64,000 nt of DNA, taken from the NCBI GenBank assembly GCA_036644995.1, contig JAVXOZ010000009.1, forward strand, positions 3,121-67,120, in the 5' to 3' direction. Numbering within the stretch: the first letter of the stretch is position 1; each line of letters begins with the position of its first letter. Below, piece after piece: positions 34,966-46,159 of this stretch. Position numbers and translations under genes: made by a program. The notes beneath the pieces were generated by a model. That model made no database searches and was not told the origin of the DNA. It saw nothing but the letters and a program-made list of their open reading frames with translations. This DNA is from Clostridiales bacterium (GTDB lineage Bacteria > Bacillota > Dehalobacteriia > UBA7702).

Positions 34966-36465
34966 ATGGAGGTGTTGATAATGAAAGGAATTATGATTCA
35001 AGGCTGCACAAGCGATGCAGGGAAAAGCTATGTAACCACTGCCTTGTGCCGCATTTTTAAAGATATGGGCTACAAAACCTGTCCTTATAAAAGCCAAAAT
35101 ATGTCCAATAACTCCTATGTAACTTGGGATGGTTGCGAAATTGGCCGTGCCCAAGGCGTTCAGGCTGAAGCTGCAGGGGTAAGACCCGAAACATATATGA
35201 ACCCTATTTTACTGAAGCCACAAAAAGATTGCGGTTCTGAAGTTGTGTTATTCGGTAAAGTATATAAAACCCTTTCCGGCAAAGAATATCACGATTCATT
35301 TACGATGAATGAAGGGTTAAAAGCCGCCCGTGAAGGGTTAAAAATCATTGAAGAAAAGTTTGATGTCATCGTCATTGAGGGTGCAGGCAGCCCTGCGGAA
35401 GTTAATTTAAACGACAGAGAAATAGTAAATATGCGTATAGCCAACGAAGCAGATGTACCTGTTTTACTGGTGGTTGATATCAACCGTGGTGGTTCTTTTG
35501 CCTCGGTGGTTGGCACTTTGGAATTAGTGGGTAAAGACCGTAGCCGCATTAAAGGCATTATTTTCAACCAATTCCGTGGTGACCTTTCCCTTTTTGAAGA
35601 TGGGGTTAAATGGATAGAAGAATACACAGGCATTAAAGTAGTTGGGGTTTTACCATACTTTAAAGATATTCAAATTGAAGGTGAGGATTCTTTAAGCATA
35701 AAATTCCAGCATAATAGCGGTTCTAAAGATGCAGTGGAACTGGGAATAGTGCGTATGCCCTATATATCCAACCACACAGATATGGAAATTTTTCAATATG
35801 AAGATGATGTAAATATTAGCTTTATAGATGAATTTTCATCTTTGGATAAATACGATGCCATAATTATTCCCGGCACCAAAAGCACCATCGGGGATTTGGA
35901 ATATTTGGAACAGCGTGGTGTTGCCGCCAAATTAAAAGCCTTTAAAGGCACTATTTTTGGAATTTGCGGCGGTTATCAAATAATGGGGGAAACCTTAATA
36001 GATGAAAATGGTATAGATTTTAAACCCGGCTACAAAAAAGAAGGATTGGGAATTTTACCTTTAACCACCTATTTTCAAAAGCAAAAAGAGGTGGGTCAGG
36101 TAACTGCCAAAGGCATACACCCAGCCGTTAAAGATATTGAAGTTTTGGGCTACGAAATACATTTGGGCAGAACCGATAAAACCAACGATGATATTTTACC
36201 CCTTTGGGAAATAGACGGTCACTGGGATGGGGTTGCCACCAAAGACTTTAGATGTGCGGGTTCCTACCTACACAATATTTTCCACAACGATAATTTCCGC
36301 ACTATTTGGTTAAACCAAATCAGAGCCAAAAAATCTTTACCCCAGCGTGAAGCCGTAGATACCGTGGCTTTTAAAGAAGAACAATACAGAAAGCTGGGAG
36401 AATATGCCAAAGAATATTTGGATATGGACTATATTATGAGCTTAATGAAAGAAGGAAATGAATAA
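34966..36465 (+). CDS. cobQ: cobyric acid synthase (CobQ/CbiP), DTB-synthetase-like ATPase + GATase1 domain
   Basis: 499 aa; N-terminal 'QGCTSDAGKSY' P-loop; C-terminal glutamine amidotransferase with 'GICGGYQ'. Confidence 0.85.
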   Translation: MEVLIMKGIMIQGCTSDAGKSYVTTALCRIFKDMGYKTCPYKSQNMSNNSYVTWDGCEIGRAQGVQAEAAGVRPETYMNPILLKPQKDCGSEVVLFGKVYKTLSGKEYHDSFTMNEGLKAAREGLKIIEEKFDVIVIEGAGSPAEVNLNDREIVNMRIANEADVPVLLVVDINRGGSFASVVGTLELVGKDRSRIKGIIFNQFRGDLSLFEDGVKWIEEYTGIKVVGVLPYFKDIQIEGEDSLSIKFQHNSGSKDAVELGIVRMPYISNHTDMEIFQYEDDVNISFIDEFSSLDKYDAIIIPGTKSTIGDLEYLEQRGVAAKLKAFKGTIFGICGGYQIMGETLIDENGIDFKPGYKKEGLGILPLTTYFQKQKEVGQVTAKGIHPAVKDIEVLGYEIHLGRTDKTNDDILPLWEIDGHWDGVATKDFRCAGSYLHNIFHNDNFRTIWLNQIRAKKSLPQREAVDTVAFKEEQYRKLGEYAKEYLDMDYIMSLMKEGNE

Positions 36466-37409
36466 TGCCTATATTCATTAGTACATTTCTGGATTTTATC
36501 TTGGGAGATCCCAAAGGATTCCCCCACCCCATTATATTAGTGGGTAAGCTTATTGGTTTTTACGAAAAATTATTTTACCGTGGTAAAAATAAAAAGCTCA
36601 TGGGGTTTTTCTTTATGCTGACGGTTCTTGGCACAGTAGGTGGGGTTTTAGCCTTAATTTTATGGTTAGCATCTAAATGGATGCCTCTTTACTGGATTAT
36701 CAGCATCTACTTACTTTACACCTCTTTAGCTTGGCGTTCCTTAAAAAAGGAAACAGGCTATGTGTTTCAAGCTTTAAAAAGAGGAAATATTGTCAAAGCC
36801 AGAAAAATGCTATCTTATGTGGTTGGTCGTGATACCGACGAACTAAACGAGGAAGAAATTATTAAAGCCACCTTGGAAACCATTGGGGAAAATACCATAG
36901 ATGGGGTTTTGGCTCCACTGTTTTATATGATAATCGGCTATTTTATAGGTATTCCTGTGATATTTGTTTATCTTTATAAATCCATCAATACCTTAGATTC
37001 CATGGTGGGTTATAAAAACGATAAATACGAGGATTTCGGTTATTTTTCGGCAAAGCTTGATGATGTAGTAAACTGGATACCCGCCAGAATAGGCTCGTTT
37101 ATCATGCTTTTAGGTGGTTTAATCTTAGGCTACGACTTTAAAAACGGCTGCAAAATTTGGAAGCGTGACCGCTTTGCCCATAATAGTCCCAACAGTGCCC
37201 AATCCGAAAGCGTGGTTGCAGGATTACTGGGAGTGCAGCTGGGTGGTGCCCATTGCTATTTTGGCAAAGAAATTTTTAAACCCACCATCGGCGATGCTTT
37301 AAGAGAGCCAAACCAAGATGATTACACAAAATGCTGCCGCATTTTAGATGCCGGCGTTATTATAACTTTATTGATATACACAGGCTTTTATTTAATTAAA
37401 ATTCTGTAA
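36465..37409 (+). CDS. cbiB: adenosylcobinamide-phosphate synthase (CobD/CbiB), membrane protein
   Basis: 314 aa polytopic; CbiB family; start overlaps cobQ stop. Confidence 0.8.
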   Translation: MPIFISTFLDFILGDPKGFPHPIILVGKLIGFYEKLFYRGKNKKLMGFFFMLTVLGTVGGVLALILWLASKWMPLYWIISIYLLYTSLAWRSLKKETGYVFQALKRGNIVKARKMLSYVVGRDTDELNEEEIIKATLETIGENTIDGVLAPLFYMIIGYFIGIPVIFVYLYKSINTLDSMVGYKNDKYEDFGYFSAKLDDVVNWIPARIGSFIMLLGGLILGYDFKNGCKIWKRDRFAHNSPNSAQSESVVAGLLGVQLGGAHCYFGKEIFKPTIGDALREPNQDDYTKCCRILDAGVIITLLIYTGFYLIKIL

Positions 37410-37420
37410 ACGGAGGAAAT

Positions 37421-38050
37421 ATGGAACACAATATTATTAACGAACCCAAAGCCATTGAAACAAAAAGCTTTGAAATTATCACCGAAATTTTAGGCGATAG
37501 AGTATTCCCCCAAGAACAACAAGGGGTTTTAAAAAGAGTCATTCACACCAGTGCGGATTTTGACTATGCAGATAATTTAGTTTTTGGCAACGACCCCATC
37601 GCCAGTGCCATCAAGGCATTTAAACAAGGATGTACTGTGGTTACTGATACTAATATGGCGGTTTCCGGCATCAATCAAACCAATCTTTCCAAATTTAATT
37701 CTGCTAAAGTTTGCTATATCGCAGAGCCGGAAATTGCAAAATTGGCAAAAGAACACAACACCACCCGTGCTGTGCAATCCATGGAATACGCCATAACCAA
37801 ATCGGAAAATAAAATATTCGCCATTGGCAATGCTCCCACAGCTTTAATAGCCCTTTACGATATGATTAAAGCAGGCAAAATCAAACCTGCCTTGGTGGTT
37901 GGTGTGCCTGTGGGCTTTGTAAATGTGGTGGAATCCAAAGAAATGTTTATGGAATTGGATGTACCCTATATTATTGCCAAAGGCAGAAAAGGCGGTAGCA
38001 ATGTGGCAGCCGCCATTATCAATGCCATTTTATTAGAGGCTTTGAAATAA
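37421..38050 (+). CDS. cbiC: cobalt-precorrin-8 methylmutase
   Basis: 209 aa; CbiC/CobH family. Confidence 0.75.
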   Translation: MEHNIINEPKAIETKSFEIITEILGDRVFPQEQQGVLKRVIHTSADFDYADNLVFGNDPIASAIKAFKQGCTVVTDTNMAVSGINQTNLSKFNSAKVCYIAEPEIAKLAKEHNTTRAVQSMEYAITKSENKIFAIGNAPTALIALYDMIKAGKIKPALVVGVPVGFVNVVESKEMFMELDVPYIIAKGRKGGSNVAAAIINAILLEALK

Positions 38051-38053
38051 GCC

Positions 38054-39175
38054 ATGGCAGAATATATTCGTTTCGGCAATAAAAAATTAAGAAAAGGTTA
38101 CACCACAGGTACATCTGCGGCAGGTGCAGCTAAAGCCGGGGCTTTAATGCTTTTAGATAGTGAAGAATTATCTGAAATTACCGTAAATCTACCCCAAGGC
38201 AAAACCGCCACTTTGCCCTTGGCTGAAATTAAAATAGAAGGCGAAACAGCCACCTGTGCCATTACCAAAGATGGCGGTGACGATCCTGACATTACCACAG
38301 GCATAAATATTTATGCTCAAGTAATATTAAACAAAACCGGTATTATCACCATTGATGGCGGCAAAGGCGTGGGCAGAGTAACCCAAAAAGGCTTAAAAAT
38401 GCCCATTGGTGAAGCCGCCATAAACCCTGTGCCACGTAGCATGATAAAAGATAACCTTTTAGAAATTCTGCCCAAGGGTTACGGTGCAGAAGTTACGGTA
38501 TTTGTGCCACAAGGCGAAGAAATAGCAAAAAAAACCTTTAACCCCAAGCTGGGCATAGTGGGAGGAATTTCTATCTTGGGCAGCACAGGCATTGTTAACC
38601 CCATGTCTGAGGACGCTTTGATGGAAAGCATTGCTTTAGAGCTTAACATTATCCACGAAAAAGGTTTTGAAAATGTAATATTTGCCTTTGGTAATTACGG
38701 CATGGATTTTCTTCGTTCTTTAGAAATTGACGAAAGTCAAGTGGTGAAAATCAGCAACTACATCGGTTTTATGTTGGATAAAGCCATGGATATGGGCTTT
38801 AAAAAAATCCTGCTCTCAGGTCACATAGGCAAGCTGGTGAAGGTTGCTGGGGGTATATTTAATACCCATAGCAAAAAAGCAGATTGCCGTATGGAAATAT
38901 TAGCGGCATATGCAGGGCTTGAAGGGGCAAGCACTGAAATTATCCAAGAGATTTATCAAGGTAAAACAACCTCTGCAGCTTTGGATATTATAGAAGAACA
39001 AGGTCTTACCAATATATATAAACGCATTGTAGATAACACCACCAAACGCTGTGAAAGCTACACCTATAACGAAATTGAAATCGGCACCATTCTCTTTGGA
39101 GATGGTAACCGTATGCTATATATGGACGAAAAAGCCAAGGATTTTTTAAAGGAGTTGCATGAAAATGGAAAATAA
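38054..39175 (+). CDS. cbiD: cobalt-precorrin-5B (C1)-methyltransferase
   Basis: 373 aa; 'GYTTGTSAAGAAKAG' N-terminal signature of CbiD. Confidence 0.85.
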   Translation: MAEYIRFGNKKLRKGYTTGTSAAGAAKAGALMLLDSEELSEITVNLPQGKTATLPLAEIKIEGETATCAITKDGGDDPDITTGINIYAQVILNKTGIITIDGGKGVGRVTQKGLKMPIGEAAINPVPRSMIKDNLLEILPKGYGAEVTVFVPQGEEIAKKTFNPKLGIVGGISILGSTGIVNPMSEDALMESIALELNIIHEKGFENVIFAFGNYGMDFLRSLEIDESQVVKISNYIGFMLDKAMDMGFKKILLSGHIGKLVKVAGGIFNTHSKKADCRMEILAAYAGLEGASTEIIQEIYQGKTTSAALDIIEEQGLTNIYKRIVDNTTKRCESYTYNEIEIGTILFGDGNRMLYMDEKAKDFLKELHENGK

Positions 39176-40382
39176 AAAACCCTTTATCATCGGGATTGGA
39201 CCCGGTAATCAAGAATACTTATATCCCATGGCAGAAAAAGCCATTGCCAATGCTGATGTACTCATCGGTGGCAACCGCAATTTGGCTGAATTTGCCCATC
39301 TAAATAAAGAAACATTATCAATAGATAAAAGCTTAAAACCTATTGTGGATTATATAGATGCCAACCACCAAAAAAAATCCATTGCTGTTTTAGCCTCGGG
39401 AGATACGGGACTTTTCAGCATTCGGGCTTATCTACAAAAAAAATTACCCAATGTACCATTTACGGTGCTGCCTGGTATCAGCTCCTTGCAATATTTAATG
39501 GCACAAAAAAACTTATCTTGGAATGAAATGAAAATTATCACCCTCCACGGCAACGATGATATAAACCTGTGCAATACCGTGGCAAACAATAAAGTTACCG
39601 CTATTTTCACCGGTGGCAAAAACACTCCTTCTGCCATTGCTAAAAGACTGGAATTGCTATCTTACGCTAATTTAACCTTAACTGTGGGGGAAAATCTTTC
39701 CTATCCCAATGAAAGAATAATCAGCGGTACACCTAAAGAAATTGCAACTATGGAATTTGATGATTTAAGCTTAATTTTAGCAGAAAACAGTAATGTGGAA
39801 AATAAACCTTGGAATTATTTAACCTCGGGCTTACCCGATGAACTTTTCATCCGTGATGAAGTGCCCATGACCAAAAGCGAAATAAGAGCTTTAATTTTAG
39901 CAAAATTACGTTTAAAGGCCGATTCTCAAATTTTAGAAATCGGGGCAGGCACAGGCTCTTGCACCATTGAAATGGCTTTAACCGCCATAGATGGCAAGGT
40001 TTGGGCACTGGAAAAAAACCATACAGCTGTGGAGCTTTGCAAAAAAAACATTGCCAAATTTGCTTTGGATAATATAAGTCTAATTGAAGGAATAGCTCCC
40101 GATGATATCCCCGAGCTACCCCAAATAGACCATATATTTATCGGCGGCAGCGGCGGCAACATGAAAGATATTATCAACAAATATAGTGATAAACCACTAA
40201 GATTAGTGGTTTCTGCCATTACTTTAGAATCTGTAACCGAGGCACTTTCTGCCATGAAGGAATGCGGTTTTACAGATATTGAAATTATTCAGGCAGCGGT
40301 TTCTCGCAGTAAAAAAGCAGGAACCAAACATTTAATGATGGGGCTAAACCCCATAACCATTGTAAGTGGTGAAATAAAATGA
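39159..40382 (+). CDS. cbiET: cobalt-precorrin-6B/7 C5,C15-methyltransferase (decarboxylating), fused CbiE-CbiT
   Basis: 407 aa; N-terminal tetrapyrrole-methylase fold (CbiE) 'GIGPGN'; C-terminal SAM MTase 'LEIGAGTGS' (CbiT). Confidence 0.8.
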   Translation: MKMENKKPFIIGIGPGNQEYLYPMAEKAIANADVLIGGNRNLAEFAHLNKETLSIDKSLKPIVDYIDANHQKKSIAVLASGDTGLFSIRAYLQKKLPNVPFTVLPGISSLQYLMAQKNLSWNEMKIITLHGNDDINLCNTVANNKVTAIFTGGKNTPSAIAKRLELLSYANLTLTVGENLSYPNERIISGTPKEIATMEFDDLSLILAENSNVENKPWNYLTSGLPDELFIRDEVPMTKSEIRALILAKLRLKADSQILEIGAGTGSCTIEMALTAIDGKVWALEKNHTAVELCKKNIAKFALDNISLIEGIAPDDIPELPQIDHIFIGGSGGNMKDIINKYSDKPLRLVVSAITLESVTEALSAMKECGFTDIEIIQAAVSRSKKAGTKHLMMGLNPITIVSGEIK

Positions 40383-41404
40383 AAACAGCAATTATAGCTT
40401 TAACCAAAAACGGCACTCAAACCGCAATTAAACTCGGTAAATTAATGAAAAGTGATATCTATGTAAAATATCCCCACGAGGAAAAAGGTATTAATGTTTT
40501 CAGCCTCAGCCTTAAGGAATTGGTTAAAGACATTTTTGATGAATATGAAGCCTTTATTTTAATTATGGCAACAGGCATTGCCTTTCGCACCTTTGCACCT
40601 TATATAAAAACCAAGGATTGCGACCCTGCACTAATAGTAATGGACGAAAAAGCACAATTTGCCATTAGCTTATTAAGCGGTCATTTAGGCGGAGCAAATG
40701 AATTAACCCAAGAAATTGCGGAATTAATCGGGGCAATTCCCGTTATTACCACCGCCACCGACGTTAATAAAACCATAGCCTTTGATTTGGTAGCAAAGAA
40801 AAATAACTGCGCCATTGAAAATATAGGTGCTACAAAATTTATCAGCGGTGCTTTGGTAAACGGTGAAACAATATCTTTACACTGCCCCTACCCTATCCTT
40901 GGGCAACTGCCCAAAGAAGTTACAGATTACACTAAAGACCCCCAAGAAAATGTAGTAACAATATCCAATAAAATTGAGCAATTACCCCAAAATCACGTTT
41001 TATATTTAAGACCAAAAAACTTAGTTTTGGGCATAGGTTGCAGACGCAATACACCTTTTAGCACCATTGAAAAAGCCTTTACGGAATTTATGAGCCAAGA
41101 AAAATACAGTATTTTATCCATTAAAGCCATAGCCTCCATTGATTTAAAAAAAGGTGAAACAGGCATTTTGGCTTTGGCAGAAAAATATAAACTGCCATTT
41201 ATAACATTTACAGCAGAAGATTTAAACAAATATACCATTGAAAGCGATGGTTCACAATTTGTAAAAGAAACCACAGGTACTGCTTCGGTATCTCAAAGTG
41301 CTGCTTTAGCAATGTGCAAAAACGGCAAAACAGTAATTAAAAAAACCATCTGCCAAGGTATAACCTTGAGCTTAGCAGAAGAAATAACTGAAATACGGAT
41401 TTAA
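40379..41404 (+). CDS. cbiG: cobalt-precorrin-5A hydrolase
   Basis: 341 aa; CbiG family. Confidence 0.7.
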   Translation: MKTAIIALTKNGTQTAIKLGKLMKSDIYVKYPHEEKGINVFSLSLKELVKDIFDEYEAFILIMATGIAFRTFAPYIKTKDCDPALIVMDEKAQFAISLLSGHLGGANELTQEIAELIGAIPVITTATDVNKTIAFDLVAKKNNCAIENIGATKFISGALVNGETISLHCPYPILGQLPKEVTDYTKDPQENVVTISNKIEQLPQNHVLYLRPKNLVLGIGCRRNTPFSTIEKAFTEFMSQEKYSILSIKAIASIDLKKGETGILALAEKYKLPFITFTAEDLNKYTIESDGSQFVKETTGTASVSQSAALAMCKNGKTVIKKTICQGITLSLAEEITEIRI

Positions 41405-41416
41405 GGAGAAATTAAA

Positions 41417-42163
41417 ATGCAAAAGTTTTATGTTGTAGGCATAGGACCCGGGGATCCGGACCAAATGACAGTAAAAGCCAGAAAAGTTATGGAAGAAGTT
41501 GATATCATTGCCGGTTATGGCACATATATCAATTTGGTTAAACCCCTTTATCCTCAGAAAGAATACTTGCAAACAGGTATGACAGGGGAAGTAAAACGCT
41601 GCCAAATGGCTTTGGAAGAAGCCAAAAAAGGCAAAACCGTTGCCATGATTAGCAGCGGCGACCCCGGCATATACGGTATGGCAGGTTTGGTTTTAGAAAT
41701 AGCCCAAGGCATGAATTTAGAAATAGAAGTTGAAACCGTACCCGGCATTACTGCTGCGGCATCCGGAGCATCACTTTTAGGAGCACCCTTAATGCACGAT
41801 TTTGCGGTAATTAGCTTAAGCGACCGTTTAACAAAATGGGAACTTATTCAAACCCGTTTAAAATACGCAGCTGCTGCGGACTTTATCATTGTATTATACA
41901 ATCCCAGAAGTAAAGGCCGCCCCACGCTTTTGGCAGATGCCAGAGATATTTTCTTAAAACATAAAAAAGAAGATACCCCTGTGGGCATTGTGAAAAACAT
42001 CGGCAGAGAAGGTGAAGAAGTCATCCTTACCAATTTAAAAGATATGAATATTGAAGATGTAGATATGTTTTCCACGGTATTTATCGGCAACGAACAAACT
42101 TATATCAAAGATAATAAAATGATAACTCCCCGTGGTTATTTGGAGAAAAAGGTAAAAAAATAA
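41417..42163 (+). CDS. cbiH: cobalt-factor III / precorrin-3B C17-methyltransferase
   Basis: 248 aa; tetrapyrrole methylase 'GIGPGDPDQMT', 'GYGTYI'. Confidence 0.7.
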   Translation: MQKFYVVGIGPGDPDQMTVKARKVMEEVDIIAGYGTYINLVKPLYPQKEYLQTGMTGEVKRCQMALEEAKKGKTVAMISSGDPGIYGMAGLVLEIAQGMNLEIEVETVPGITAAASGASLLGAPLMHDFAVISLSDRLTKWELIQTRLKYAAAADFIIVLYNPRSKGRPTLLADARDIFLKHKKEDTPVGIVKNIGREGEEVILTNLKDMNIEDVDMFSTVFIGNEQTYIKDNKMITPRGYLEKKVKK

Positions 42164-42915
42164 TGACCAAAATTTTAGTGATTGCCGGCACCGCCGATGG
42201 TGTGGATTTTATTAAAGCCACTCCACCCAATTTTGAAATAACAGCTACCACTTTTTCAAAATTAGGTGAGGAATGTATAGCACCCCGTAAAAATCTCACC
42301 ATAGTAACAGGGGCACTGGCTAAAGAAGGCTTTATTAAATTAATCAATGAAAATCACTTAACCCATATTGTGGATATGAGCCACCCTTTTGCTGTGGAGG
42401 TGAGTAAAAATGCTTTTGAAGCAGCCCAAGCATTATCCTTACCTTATTTTCGCTATGAGCGAGAATCCATGGAAAAAATGGAAAACCGCATTGATTACCC
42501 GGATTTTCCCACAGCAGTAGAAAGCCTTGAGGATATTAAAGGCAACCTGTTATTAACCATAGGCAGCCGTAATTTACATTATTTTACCAAATTATCGGAT
42601 TTTTATCAGCGGTGCTATGTACGGGTTTTGGCAAGCAGCAAAATTATGTTGGAATTGGAAGAAATGAACATAGATCCAGGACATATTTTTGCCATGAAGG
42701 GTGTTGCCTCCAAGGATTTAAACATTGCTTTGGCAAAGGAAATCAACGCCCAAGCCATAATAACCAAAGACAGCGGCTTAAAAGGCGGCATGGCAGAAAA
42801 ATACCAAGCAGCCAAAGAGCTTAATATTCCACTGATAGTAATTAGCAAACCACAAAGTTTAGGCAAAAAATATACAAATTTTACAGATATAATTAATGAG
42901 ATTGGGAGGGATTAA
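42163..42915 (+). CDS. cbiJ: cobalt-precorrin-6A reductase
   Basis: 250 aa; CbiJ/CobK family. Confidence 0.7.
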   Translation: MTKILVIAGTADGVDFIKATPPNFEITATTFSKLGEECIAPRKNLTIVTGALAKEGFIKLINENHLTHIVDMSHPFAVEVSKNAFEAAQALSLPYFRYERESMEKMENRIDYPDFPTAVESLEDIKGNLLLTIGSRNLHYFTKLSDFYQRCYVRVLASSKIMLELEEMNIDPGHIFAMKGVASKDLNIALAKEINAQAIITKDSGLKGGMAEKYQAAKELNIPLIVISKPQSLGKKYTNFTDIINEIGRD

Positions 42916-42916
42916 C

Positions 42917-44299
42917 GTGGCTAAATCGGCTTTTGTTTTAAGCGGCACCCAAAGCGGCAGTGGCAAAACCACTATTTCCATGGCTTTAATGGCTGCTTTT
43001 CGGAAAAAAGGTTTAATTGTGCAACCCTTTAAAGTTGGTCCCGATTACATAGACCCCATGTATCACACCGCTGCCACAGGCAGAAAATCCAGAAACCTTG
43101 ATAGTTTTATGTTAGATGAAAACACCATTTCTTATCTCGCAGATAAAAATGCAAAAGATGCCGATGTGGCAATAATTGAAGGGGTAATGGGACTATACGA
43201 TGGCTTAGGCGGCTTTTCCAAAGAAGGCAGCACCGCCCATATCAGCGAGATATTAGATGTGCCCGTTATACTCCTAATCAACGGCAACGGTATGTCCCTA
43301 TCCGTGGCAGCCATGGTAAACGGCTATCGGGATTTTTCACCCACAACCAAAATTGCAGGTGTGATCCTCAACAACGTAAAAAATGATAGCGGCTATTTAC
43401 ATTTAAAAGAAATAATAGAAACCGTTAGCAAAGTACCTGTTTTTGGCTATTTACCAAAAAATGAAAAATTCGCCTTAAACGATAGGCATTTAGGTCTTTA
43501 TTGCAGTGAAGAAATTACCGATTTAGAAGAAAAACTGGCGGTACTGGCTACGGCAATAACCGAACATTGCGATTTAGATAAAATATTAGCAGCCACAACC
43601 TACAAACCAAGGAATATAAAAGCCCCAATTTTGCCACAACCCATAAAACAAAGGGTAAAAATAGGGGTGGCAAAGGACAGTGCTTTTAATTTCTATTATC
43701 AAGATAGCTTAGATTTGATGGTAGAATTGGGAGCAGATATTGTGAACTTCAGCCCCATCCGTGATGAAAAGCTACCCGAGGTTGACGGTGTATTTTTTGG
43801 TGGCGGTTACCCTGAGCTGCATTTGGAAGAATTATCACAAAACAAAGCTTTTATGAGTGATTTAAAATCAAAATTAGAAGATGGACTCCCCTGCTATGGA
43901 GAATGCGGTGGTTTTATATATTTAGGCAAATCCATGACCATGGAAGAAAAAACCTATGAATTAACTGGGTTTTATCCCTTTGATTTTGCCATGAGCGACC
44001 GCTTGCAACATTTTGGCTATATGGAAGCTGAAATAAACCCAGATTCTCCCCTTTCGGGTCAAGAAAAATTGAACATCAAGGGACACGAATTTCATTACAC
44101 CAAACGCATTGATGAAGTGGAATATCCCACAGAATACACAGTAAAAAAGAAACGCAGAACCAAAGAAGTTTTTTGGGAAGAAGGCTTTAAGAAAAATAAT
44201 TGCTTAGGCGGTTACCCACATTTTAATTTTTATGCTAACCCCAAAGCTGCGAAAAACTTTCTTTTATCTGCACTGGAACACCACAGAAAGGTACTGTAA
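42917..44299 (+). CDS. cbiA: cobyrinic acid a,c-diamide synthase
   Basis: GTG start 42917 after RBS gggaggg; 'SGTQSGSGKTT' P-loop; C-terminal GATase domain 'GECGGFIYLG'. Confidence 0.8.
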   Translation: MAKSAFVLSGTQSGSGKTTISMALMAAFRKKGLIVQPFKVGPDYIDPMYHTAATGRKSRNLDSFMLDENTISYLADKNAKDADVAIIEGVMGLYDGLGGFSKEGSTAHISEILDVPVILLINGNGMSLSVAAMVNGYRDFSPTTKIAGVILNNVKNDSGYLHLKEIIETVSKVPVFGYLPKNEKFALNDRHLGLYCSEEITDLEEKLAVLATAITEHCDLDKILAATTYKPRNIKAPILPQPIKQRVKIGVAKDSAFNFYYQDSLDLMVELGADIVNFSPIRDEKLPEVDGVFFGGGYPELHLEELSQNKAFMSDLKSKLEDGLPCYGECGGFIYLGKSMTMEEKTYELTGFYPFDFAMSDRLQHFGYMEAEINPDSPLSGQEKLNIKGHEFHYTKRIDEVEYPTEYTVKKKRRTKEVFWEEGFKKNNCLGGYPHFNFYANPKAAKNFLLSALEHHRKVL

Positions 44300-44301
44300 C
44301 T

Positions 44302-45558
44302 ATGAATATGAATATATCTGTTTTGGGAATAGACCATAAATACGGCGCCGATATACGAGAAAAAGTCGCCTTCAGCGAATCGCAAAAAATCGAATTTTCC
44401 ACCAAACTTATAGATTTAGGCGTTGAAGAAGTGGTTATTCTCTCTACCTGCAATCGCAGTGAAGTATATTATTTGGATCAATGGAAAAATGACGCCGTAC
44501 GCAACCAAGTTTTAGATGCCTATATTGAATATTTTGATATAGAAGAATACAGCCATTGCATTTACCGCTACCATGATAAAGAAGCCGTGGAACACATATT
44601 TAAAGTTACTGCGGGTTTAGAATCTGCGGTGGTGGGTGAAGATGAAATTCTCAGGCAAATGAAAGAATCCTATGAGTTTTCTTTGCAGTTTAAAAACACG
44701 GGAAAATATTTTAATCGCCTGTTTCAAGAAGCCATAAAAAGTGCAAAGGCAATCAAAAGCAAGCTTAAAATATCGGAAATACCCCTATCCACAGGGTATA
44801 TCGGTTTGAAATATTTACAGGAGCAAATGGGCACATTTGAAGATAAAACCTTACTTATCATCGGATTTGGGGAAATAGGCAAGCTATTTTACACATATGG
44901 TAAAGAATTGCCCTTTAAAAATATTATAATTTGCAACCGCACCTCTGAAACTGTAAGGAGTGCCATTGCCGATGATGAAAAAACCAAATACTTACCCTAT
45001 GGCACTTGCCACACCGTAATAAACGATGCAGATGCTGTTATAACCGCCACATCCTGCCCTCACTGCATCTTAAAGGCACAAGATATGGCTAAACGCACCA
45101 AACCCCTTTATATGCTGGATATGGCGATACCTCGCAATATAGATACTGAAATTAGTAATTTAGAAAATTACCACCTATTTAATATTGATGTTTTAAAAGA
45201 AATGTCCGCAAAAAATCAGGAAAGCCGCAAGGCTTTAACGGTTAAAGCAGAAAATATTATAGATACCGCTGTGAGTGACTATATACAATGGGTGCGAAAT
45301 TCCGCCCAAGACCCCATAATTGAATCTTTAAATCAATCTGTGGACGATATTTTAGATGACCATTTAGCCTATCTTTTTAAAAGGATAAAGGCAAACGACA
45401 GAGAACAAAAAATCATCAGCCGTACCATGCAATCTGCATTAAAAAAAGCAGTACGCAACCCCATTGTAGCTTTGAAAACCATTGAGGATAAAGAAAAAAG
45501 AGCTCACTATTCCCAAGTTTTGGGGGAGCTGTTTCAATTAAACGGAAAAGGAAAATAA
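44302..45558 (+). CDS. hemA: glutamyl-tRNA reductase
   Basis: 418 aa; 'ILSTCNRSEVY' catalytic Cys motif; NADPH-binding 'GFGEIG'. Confidence 0.85.
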   Translation: MNMNISVLGIDHKYGADIREKVAFSESQKIEFSTKLIDLGVEEVVILSTCNRSEVYYLDQWKNDAVRNQVLDAYIEYFDIEEYSHCIYRYHDKEAVEHIFKVTAGLESAVVGEDEILRQMKESYEFSLQFKNTGKYFNRLFQEAIKSAKAIKSKLKISEIPLSTGYIGLKYLQEQMGTFEDKTLLIIGFGEIGKLFYTYGKELPFKNIIICNRTSETVRSAIADDEKTKYLPYGTCHTVINDADAVITATSCPHCILKAQDMAKRTKPLYMLDMAIPRNIDTEISNLENYHLFNIDVLKEMSAKNQESRKALTVKAENIIDTAVSDYIQWVRNSAQDPIIESLNQSVDDILDDHLAYLFKRIKANDREQKIISRTMQSALKKAVRNPIVALKTIEDKEKRAHYSQVLGELFQLNGKGK

Positions 45559-45559
45559 A

Positions 45560-46159
45560 ATGTATTTGCCATTATTTATTGATTTAAACAATGAAAAAGC
45601 CTTAATAATAGGTGGTGGCTCCATTGCTTATCGCAAAGCTAAAACTTTAGCACAAAGCAATTTGGATATCACCCTAATTTGCCCCGAACGCATTGATGAT
45701 TGGGCAGATTTAAAGGTAAATTGGCTAAAAGAAAAATACGAAAACCAACCATTGGCTCAATACCGCTTGGTAATTGCCGCCACGGATAACGAAATACTCA
45801 ACCAAAAAATTGCAGAACGCTGCAAAAATCTTAAAATCCTCTGCAATTCCGCCTCCAATGCCGCCAAAGGCGATGTAATATTTCCCGGTGTGGTTCAGGA
45901 GGGTGGCTTTACATTAGCACTTTCCAGTCAAGGCAAAACACCTTTTCTTACCAAAAAAATCAAAAACGATATGAAAAAAATACTCTCGGGTTACGACCAA
46001 AAAACCATAGACCTTTTGGCAGAAACAAGAGAATATATAATAAATACATTTCCTGAAACTAAAGAAGTTTTATTGCAGAAACTTGCAGAAGCTTCCACTG
46101 AATTAATTAAGGAGAAAGGAAGTATCCATGAAATTACGGATTGGCTCCAGAGGGAGTAA
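45560..46159 (+). CDS. sirC: precorrin-2 dehydrogenase / sirohydrochlorin ferrochelatase N-domain protein (SirC/CysG-N like)
   Basis: 199 aa; 'LIIGGGSIAYRKAKTL' NAD-binding. Confidence 0.7.
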   Translation: MYLPLFIDLNNEKALIIGGGSIAYRKAKTLAQSNLDITLICPERIDDWADLKVNWLKEKYENQPLAQYRLVIAATDNEILNQKIAERCKNLKILCNSASNAAKGDVIFPGVVQEGGFTLALSSQGKTPFLTKKIKNDMKKILSGYDQKTIDLLAETREYIINTFPETKEVLLQKLAEASTELIKEKGSIHEITDWLQRE